Shown: one piece after another, positions 57,669 through 64,000 of the stretch
How the letters are laid out: the number at the start of each line of letters is the position of its first letter
How positions within the stretch are numbered: position 1 is the stretch's first letter
Source of the DNA: Candidatus Multivoradales bacterium
GTDB taxonomy: Bacteria; Acidobacteriota; Thermoanaerobaculia; Multivoradales; JAHEKO01
Direction: 5' to 3'
Length of the DNA: 64,000 nucleotides
Assembly (NCBI GenBank): GCA_965223155.1
Contig: CBDCVR010000013.1
Span: 288,001-352,000, forward strand
Notes under the pieces: model-generated
Database searches by the model: none
What the model saw: only the letters and a program-made list of their open reading frames with translations
What the model was told of the DNA's origin: nothing
Position numbers and translations under genes: made by a program

Positions 57669-59384
57669 CTAGCTCGCGCTTCCCGCCGGCCGGGCATCCA
57701 CCAGTTCGACCGCCGGCCGCCCCAGAAAGCGGTCCATCGTGAGGCGGCCCAGGATCTCGAACGGGCGCTCGAAGGTCTCGCGCCGATCCGCCCAGCGCCA
57801 GGCGGTGACGTCCACCCACGCTCCCGCCGCCGAGCGGGCCCGCAGACCCAGGTGCCCCGAGCCGAACTCCCGGGGCGCGCCGGGCAGCTCGAGCGGCCCC
57901 AGGTGGAAGAGCGGCCGCCGGTTGCCGACACCGAAGGGCTCCAGCCGCTCGACCTCGGCCACCAGCTCGGGAGTCAGCTCTTCCGGCTGGAGATGCTCCT
58001 CGAAGACGTGCTCGCGAACGAGCTGCTCGGGGTCCCAGGCGGCCGCGCCCTCCAAGATCGCCGCGTAGACCGCCTCCAGCTCGGCGGCCGGAAGGGAGAG
58101 CCCCACCGCCTGGGAGTGGCCTCCGAACCGATCCAGGCGCTCTTCGTAGCCCATCAGGAAGTCGTGGAGGTGCACTCCCGGTACGCTCCTCCCTGATCCG
58201 GTCGCGACCTCGCCGTCCAAGTTGAGCAGAACCGTCGGCCGGTGGAATTCCCGTGCGATCCTGCCGGCGGCGATGCCCAGGACCCCCTTGTGCCAATCGG
58301 GCGACCAGGCCATGAGGAAGCGGGGCACGCCCGCCGTCGCTTCTCCGTCTCCCTCGCCTCCCTCCACGACTGCCGCGCGGGCCTCTTCGACGACCCGGAG
58401 CTCTTCCTGGCGGCGCTCGTCGTTCCATGCGTTGAGACGCTCGGCCACGGCGCGGGCACGGGCGGCATCCCGCGCCAGCAGCAGCTCCAGCGCCGCGTCG
58501 GGAGCGTCCATCCGTCCGGCGGCATTGAGCCGCGGCGCCAGCCGGAAGCCGACATCCGAGGCGCGAATCGGAGCGCTGACGTTCGAAACCTCCAGAAGCG
58601 CCTTGAGGCCCGGTGAGCGGGCGGTCTCGAGGGCGCGCAGTCCCAGGGCCGCGATCGCCCGGTTCTCTCCGGTCAGCGGCACGAGGTCCGCGATTGTGCC
58701 CAGGCAAGCGACCCGCAGAAGGACGCCCGGATCGACCGGTCGCTGTGCCGCTTCCGCCAGCGCCAGAGCCAGCTTGAAGGCCACTCCGGCACCGCAGAGC
58801 TGACCGTAGGGATACTCGCAGCCGGGCTGATGCGGGTTGATCAGAACCACTCGCGGGTCGAGCGGTTCTCCGGGAAGGTGGTGGTCGGTGACGATCACCG
58901 CGATGCCTTCGGCCAGGGCGGCGCCGGCCGCTGCATGCGACTTGGTGCCGCAGTCGGCGGTCACCAGGACGCGGACTCCTTCGGCCGCCGCCCGCTCGAC
59001 ATGAACCGGCTGGAAGCCGTAGCCCTCGGCCATGCGATGCGGCAGGATCGGTATCGAGTCGATGCGGCAGGCCCGGAACACCGCGGTCAGAATCGCGGTG
59101 GCGCTCACCCCGTCGGCGTCGTAGTCGCCGACGATCGCCACCCGCTCGCCAGCGGTCCGGGCCGCCAGCAGCCGTTCGACGGCGGCATCGACCCCGAGCA
59201 AGAGCCGTGGGTCGTGGAGATCCTCGGTCGCCGGCTCCAAGAAGCGCCGGACGGCCTCTGGATCTTCGATGCCTCGCCGTGCCAGGAGGCGCGCCAGCCG
59301 CGGGGAGAGGTCGGCGTCGACCAGAGCTTCGAGCTCCGACGACGGCACCGGCGGAGCTTCGCGCCAGCGCGCCCGAACGCTCAA
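57669..59384 (-). CDS. recJ: ssDNA exonuclease RecJ
   Basis: GDYDADG, TDHH, GTIAD, PRLNAAGR, GGH; TTG start overlaps the accA stop. Confidence 0.95.
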   Translation of the reverse strand: MSVRARWREAPPVPSSELEALVDADLSPRLARLLARRGIEDPEAVRRFLEPATEDLHDPRLLLGVDAAVERLLAARTAGERVAIVGDYDADGVSATAILTAVFRACRIDSIPILPHRMAEGYGFQPVHVERAAAEGVRVLVTADCGTKSHAAAGAALAEGIAVIVTDHHLPGEPLDPRVVLINPHQPGCEYPYGQLCGAGVAFKLALALAEAAQRPVDPGVLLRVACLGTIADLVPLTGENRAIAALGLRALETARSPGLKALLEVSNVSAPIRASDVGFRLAPRLNAAGRMDAPDAALELLLARDAARARAVAERLNAWNDERRQEELRVVEEARAAVVEGGEGDGEATAGVPRFLMAWSPDWHKGVLGIAAGRIAREFHRPTVLLNLDGEVATGSGRSVPGVHLHDFLMGYEERLDRFGGHSQAVGLSLPAAELEAVYAAILEGAAAWDPEQLVREHVFEEHLQPEELTPELVAEVERLEPFGVGNRRPLFHLGPLELPGAPREFGSGHLGLRARSAAGAWVDVTAWRWADRRETFERPFEILGRLTMDRFLGRPAVELVDARPAGSAS

Positions 59385-60334
59385 GTCTCGGTCAGAAAGC
59401 CGATCCTGCGGAAGCGCTCGTAGCGCTCGGCCAGCAACCGGTCGCTCGGCGTGCCATCCAGGTCGGCAAGCGCTTCGGCGATCGTGCCGCCCACGTTCTG
59501 GATCGCCTCGCTGGAGTTGGCGTGGGCTCCGCCCAGGGGCTCGGGGATGACGCCGTCCACCACGCCCAGCTCGAAGATGTCGGGCGCGGTCAAGCGCAAG
59601 GCCTCGGCGGCGGTCTCCTTCTTGTTCTGGTCCTTCCAAAGAATCGCGGCACAGCCTTCGGGCGAGATCACCGAATAGACCGAGTACTCGAGCATGTAGA
59701 CCCGGTCGCCGATGGCGATTCCCAGGGCCCCGCCGCTGCCGCCCTCGCCGGTGATCGTGACCACGATCGGCGTCTCAAGAGCCGCCATCTCCACCAGGTT
59801 GCGGGCGATGGCTTCAGCCTGGCCCCGCTGTTCCGCGCCCAGGCCGGGAAAGGCTCCGGGAGTGTCCACGAAACACAGGATCGGAAGATGGAAGCGTTCG
59901 GCCAGGTGCATCAGGCGCAAGGCCTTGCGGTAGCCCTCGGGCCGGGCCTGTCCGAAATTGCGTTGAATCCGAGACTTGGTGCTGCGCCCCTTTTGGTGTC
60001 CGACCACCGCGACCGAGCGGCCCATGAAGCGCGCGAAGCCGGTCACGATCGCCGGATCGTCCGCAAAGGTACGGTCGCCGTGGATCTCCACCCAGTCGCT
60101 CATCAGCGTTTCGACGTAGTCGAGGGCGTGCGGACGCTCGGAGTGCCGCGCGACCAGGGTCTTTTCCCAGCGGGAGAGCTTCCGGTAGACCTCCTGCGTG
60201 GCCTTGTCGAGCTTGACCCGCAGCCGGCCGATCTCGCGCTGGCGGCCGGCGGCTTCGGGATAGGACTCCAGCTCTTCGATGCGGCTCCGGAGCTCCACCA
60301 GCGGCGCTTCGAAGGGAATCTCGGGCGTGCGCAT
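59381..60334 (-). CDS. accA: Acetyl-CoA carboxylase carboxyltransferase alpha
   Basis: DTPGAFPG, GEGGSGGA, SVISPEGCA. Confidence 0.97.
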   Translation of the reverse strand: MRTPEIPFEAPLVELRSRIEELESYPEAAGRQREIGRLRVKLDKATQEVYRKLSRWEKTLVARHSERPHALDYVETLMSDWVEIHGDRTFADDPAIVTGFARFMGRSVAVVGHQKGRSTKSRIQRNFGQARPEGYRKALRLMHLAERFHLPILCFVDTPGAFPGLGAEQRGQAEAIARNLVEMAALETPIVVTITGEGGSGGALGIAIGDRVYMLEYSVYSVISPEGCAAILWKDQNKKETAAEALRLTAPDIFELGVVDGVIPEPLGGAHANSSEAIQNVGGTIAEALADLDGTPSDRLLAERYERFRRIGFLTET

Positions 60335-60383
60335 GGGCTCGCCAACGTAGCAAAGCCCCGGCCCGGGCGCAACGAGGCGGCCC

Positions 60384-63092
60384 TTACAAGAGCTCCAGAG
60401 GATCCACGTCCAGGATGATCTCGCTCGGACTGCGCTCGGGCACGGCCTCGCGCGCCAACCGTTTGAGAGCCGATGCCGACCGGCCCCGGATCAGGATCTG
60501 GAAGCGCCACTTGCCCCGGAGTCGCTCGAACGGCGCCGGTGCCGGCCCGGCCAGCCGGATTCCCGCCTCGGGCTCCCGCCCGGCCAGGACTCCCAGATCG
60601 TTGGCCAGACGCTCGGCGGTGGCCGCTCCCCGCTCGCGCCGGGCGTCCCGGATCAGGAGTTGGATCATCCGGGTGTAAGGCGGATAGTGAAAGATACGGC
60701 GGAAGCGCATCTCCTCGGCGGCGAATCCGGCATCGTCGTGGCTCAGGGCGGCGCGGATGCCGTAGTGGTCGGGATGGTAGGTCTGGACCACGACCCGGCC
60801 GGGCCGATCACCCCGTCCGGCGCGGCCGGCGAGCTGGGTCAGGAGGTTGTAGGTGCGCTCCACCGCCCGGAAATCCGGGAAGCTGAGATAGGTGTCGGCC
60901 TGAAGCACGGCGGCCAGCGCCACCTTGGGAAAGTGGTGGCCCTTGGCGACCATCTGGGTGCCGATCAGGACCTGGGCGTCGCCGCGGCCGAAGCGCTCCA
61001 GCACCGCAGGCACGCCACCCGGGCTTCGCACCGTGTCGCGATCCAGGACCGCCGTCTCGATCTCCGGGAAGAGCTCGCGGAACTGCTCATCCACTCGCTC
61101 GGTACCGCTGCCGATGGGCTCCAGGGCGGGCTCGGAGCAGGCCGGGCAGCGCTCGGGCCGGGGACGCTTCGAGCCGCAATAGTGGCACTGCAACTCGCCG
61201 AATCGCTTGTGGAAGGTCCTGGGCAGGCCGCAGTCGTCGCAGCGCAGATCCTCCCCGCACGCTCGGCACAGCAACACCGGCGAATAGCCGCGGCGGTTGC
61301 GCAGCACGATCGCCTGGTCTCCCGCCCGGAAGGCGTCTTCGAGGGCGGCCATCAGGGGCTCCGAGATGTGGATCTCACCGGGCCGCCGCGGGCCCTCGAC
61401 CGTTCTCAGATCCACGACCTCGGCCTCGGGCAGCCGCCCTACCCCCACCCGCTCGGTCAGCTCGAGCTGCCTGAGGCGCCCGCGCTGGAGATTGAGCCGG
61501 CTCTCCAGACTGGGCGTGGCCGAAACCAGAACCACCGTCGCCGCGGAATCCCGCCCGCGCCACAGGGCCACGTCCCGAGCGTTGTACCGGGGTGTCACTT
61601 CCTGCTTGTAGGCGGTGTCGTGTTCTTCATCCACGACGATCAGGCGCAGGTTCTGGACCGGCGCGAAGATCGCCGAGCGCGGTCCCAAGACCAAGCGCGC
61701 GGAGCCGGCGCGGAGGCGTTCCCACTCCTGCTGGCGCTCGCCCGGACTCAACGCCGAATGAAGGATCGCGGCGTCGGTTCCAAAGCGCCGGCGCAGGGTT
61801 TCGGCGAGCGCCGGGACGAGCGCGATCTCGGGCACGAGAATGATGGCCGAGCCGCCCTCGTCCAAGACCGCCTGGACCGCGCGCAGGTAGACCTCGGTCT
61901 TGCCGCTGCCGGTCATGCCGCCGAGAAAACAAGGCGCGAACTCGCGTCGTCCGACCGAATCGACCAGGGCCGTGGCGGCCAGGTCCTGATCCGGCCGGAG
62001 CACGATCGGCGCCGGCGGCTTGGTCGCCATGCGGTGGTGGTCGAGATCCAGGCGGGCCACCTGCGTGAACGTGCGCACGGCTCCCAGCTTTGCCAGACGC
62101 CGAAGTACCGACGGCGAGCAACCCAGCTCCTCTTCCAGCTCGCTCCGCAGCATAGGCCGGCCGGCCGCGGCCAGGTGCTCGATCGCCCGCCGACCCGGGC
62201 CGGAGCGTCCCGCCTTTTCGAGCAGCGACTCCTTCGAGCCAGGCCCCAGCTCGACCGCGGTCACGTAGCGAGCTCCCGAGGTGCGCGATTCGGCAACCGT
62301 CAGCCAACCCCGGCTGCGAAGGGTCTCCACCGTTCGATAGAAGTCCGGGTCCGCCAGCGCTGCCTCGAGCTCGCCCAACGTCGAGCGGCCGGCCTGGGTC
62401 AGGGCCTCGAGAACGGTCCGTTCCGCCTCGCTCCGGCCGCGGGCAAGAGCTCCCCGGTCGGTCAGCCAGATTCGTTGATTGCCCCACCCTTCGAGCCGGC
62501 TGGGCAGCATGGCTCGGAAGACCTCGCCCGGCGCCGCCAGGTAGTAATCGCTGACGAAGCGGCCGAGATCCAAGAGCTCGGCCGGCAGCACCGGCGCTTG
62601 GTCGACCATCGCCTCGATCGGCTTCAGCCGACCCTCGAGCGCGGGATCCACCCGGTCGTGCCGTTCGACCACCAGACCGGTCAGGCGCCGCCGGCCCAGG
62701 GGCACCCGCACCCGGGCTCCGGGCAGCGCCCGGTGGCGAAGCGAGGGCGGCACCAGATAGTCAAGCGGCTCGGGCAACGGCGCCGGCACTGCCACGGCGG
62801 CCAGGGCACCGGTGCCCGGGTCGATGGGGTTCGAGTCTGTCCGACTCAGGTCTGTCGCGCTCGGGTCTGTCGGACTCGGGTCTGTTCGACTCGGGTCTGT
62901 TCGACTCGGGTCTAGCCGATCTGGGCCTATCCGGCTCGGGTCTGTCCCACCTGGTTCTGTCCGACCTGGGTCGTCTGTCGGGCTCCGTTCCGGCGAGCTC
63001 GGGTCGTTCGGACGAGCCTCCCCCGCCCCGCTTCCCTCCGCGTCGTCGAGATTCAGATCGGCCTGGCCGCGCTGGTCGGATTCCTCAGACAC
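60384..63092 (-). CDS. priA: Primosomal protein N'
   Basis: GSGKTEVY, DEEH, Cys cluster, GTQMVAKG, GRAGRG; start estimated. Confidence 0.95.
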   Translation of the reverse strand: MSEESDQRGQADLNLDDAEGSGAGEARPNDPSSPERSPTDDPGRTEPGGTDPSRIGPDRLDPSRTDPSRTDPSPTDPSATDLSRTDSNPIDPGTGALAAVAVPAPLPEPLDYLVPPSLRHRALPGARVRVPLGRRRLTGLVVERHDRVDPALEGRLKPIEAMVDQAPVLPAELLDLGRFVSDYYLAAPGEVFRAMLPSRLEGWGNQRIWLTDRGALARGRSEAERTVLEALTQAGRSTLGELEAALADPDFYRTVETLRSRGWLTVAESRTSGARYVTAVELGPGSKESLLEKAGRSGPGRRAIEHLAAAGRPMLRSELEEELGCSPSVLRRLAKLGAVRTFTQVARLDLDHHRMATKPPAPIVLRPDQDLAATALVDSVGRREFAPCFLGGMTGSGKTEVYLRAVQAVLDEGGSAIILVPEIALVPALAETLRRRFGTDAAILHSALSPGERQQEWERLRAGSARLVLGPRSAIFAPVQNLRLIVVDEEHDTAYKQEVTPRYNARDVALWRGRDSAATVVLVSATPSLESRLNLQRGRLRQLELTERVGVGRLPEAEVVDLRTVEGPRRPGEIHISEPLMAALEDAFRAGDQAIVLRNRRGYSPVLLCRACGEDLRCDDCGLPRTFHKRFGELQCHYCGSKRPRPERCPACSEPALEPIGSGTERVDEQFRELFPEIETAVLDRDTVRSPGGVPAVLERFGRGDAQVLIGTQMVAKGHHFPKVALAAVLQADTYLSFPDFRAVERTYNLLTQLAGRAGRGDRPGRVVVQTYHPDHYGIRAALSHDDAGFAAEEMRFRRIFHYPPYTRMIQLLIRDARRERGAATAERLANDLGVLAGREPEAGIRLAGPAPAPFERLRGKWRFQILIRGRSASALKRLAREAVPERSPSEIILDVDPLELL
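62818..62982 (-). repeat. Degenerate 15-bp tandem repeat encoding DPSRT-like pentapeptides
   Basis: GGGTCTGTTCGACTC-type units, about 10 copies. Confidence 0.85.
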
Positions 63093-63156
63093 CTGCCGAG
63101 CGTAAACCAAAGTCCTGGGATTCCGTCGGTGACTCCTGCCGCCGTAGCCGTCTCGT

Positions 63157-63272
63157 CCACGCCGCCTTGACCGGGTCCGAGCCTCCGGGCGCCTAGCCAC
63201 CTGGATTCGCAAGCCGTCTGGCTTCCGTACAGGTGTAGCCATGGGTTCTCGGCTCCGGCCGTCGAGCGTTGG
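63157..63272. ncRNA. Candidate rod-like structured RNA
   Basis: Nested helices ACGC/GCGT, GAC/GTC, GAGCC/GGCTC, CACCTG/CAGGTG, AAGCC/GGCTT with a central bubble. Confidence 0.35.
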
Positions 63273-63315
63273 GGCTCTTCGCGAACTCGGTGGCTTGGGC
63301 CGGCCGGCGGGCCAG

Positions 63316-63346
63316 AAAAAAGGGCCGCCCACGAAGGGCGGCCCTG
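63316..63346 (-). terminator. Rho-independent terminator of carD
   Basis: AGGGCCGCCC-ttcgt-GGGCGGCCCT followed by a T-tract on the minus strand. Confidence 0.85.
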
Positions 63347-63379
63347 CTCGGCTCGTTGTGCGCTAGGCGCAACTGGTCG

Positions 63380-63901
63380 TCAAACGGCCTCGGCGGACGC
63401 CTCCCCGTTCTTCTCGAGCGCCGTCACCAGCGCCTTCTCCACCTGCTTGTCCGCGGCCTCCTCGTCAATCTTCTTGACGTGGGCGACCTCGCTGACGATG
63501 AAGTACTTGGCGCGCTCGTACATCTTCTTCTCGCGGAAGGAGAGGCTCTTCTTGGTGCTCACCAGGCGCAGGTTCTTTAGCACCTGAGCGACCTCGATCA
63601 GCTCGCCGGTCTTCATCTTGTCCAGATTCTGCTTGTAGCGGCCCTTCCAATCCTTGTAGGTGTCGATGTGGCCGTCCCGGAGGGTCTTGAAGAGACTCCG
63701 GATCTCCTTCTGCTGGCAGAGAGGCCGAAGGCCCACGAGATCCAGGTTGGCCTTGGGAACCATGACCTTGGAGTCATTCGAGAGCAGCCGCAGGTAGTAG
63801 TAGGTCTGCTGCTGGCCGTCGATCTCGCTGTCTTCGATCTTCTCCACCACGGTGACACCGTGATTCGGATACACCACTTTCTGTCCAATTCGAAATGCCA
63901 A
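63380..63901 (-). CDS. carD: CarD/CdnL-family transcription regulator
   Basis: FRIGQKVVYPNHG, KVMVP, GLR, WKGRY; TTG start. Confidence 0.92.
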   Translation of the reverse strand: MAFRIGQKVVYPNHGVTVVEKIEDSEIDGQQQTYYYLRLLSNDSKVMVPKANLDLVGLRPLCQQKEIRSLFKTLRDGHIDTYKDWKGRYKQNLDKMKTGELIEVAQVLKNLRLVSTKKSLSFREKKMYERAKYFIVSEVAHVKKIDEEAADKQVEKALVTALEKNGEASAEAV

Positions 63902-64000
63902 AATTCTGAGTCTCCCTTGGTTCGGTTCGCTTGACGCGGATGCCGGTGAGCGGAAAGCCGTGGCCGGCCCTGTCACCACACCCGTAAGTCGCATAAAACC

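Overview
GC-rich bacterial chromosome segment, probably Acidobacteriota (inferred from the acidobacterial-type VWA protein, fused LptF-LptG and the multi-domain LptC/LptA). It is mostly housekeeping: rnr, der, ihfA-merR-tRNA-Pro, nusB-leuS-lptE, tol-pal, etfBA, metK, parAB, miaB, PTS/rpoN/lpt, recJ, accA, priA, carD. An integrase-less accessory island of about 10 kb (9557-19765) follows tRNA-Pro(GGG). It holds three complete IS110-family, IS1111-type elements (one variant A, two near-identical inverted copies of variant B), a fourth left-end remnant, an IS256 and accessory genes. Main result: the non-coding right ends fold into a two-loop bridge/seekRNA-like structure, and the guide segments differ between A and B in step with their insertion sites (GTGCC-AG-CCTTT vs GTGAC-AG-GATAC). 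Variant B is aimed at the arms of an approx. 84-bp palindromic repeat that punctuates the island between accessory genes. All calls come from reading the sequence and ORF track by eye; no searches or folding programs were run, and many start codons are estimates.
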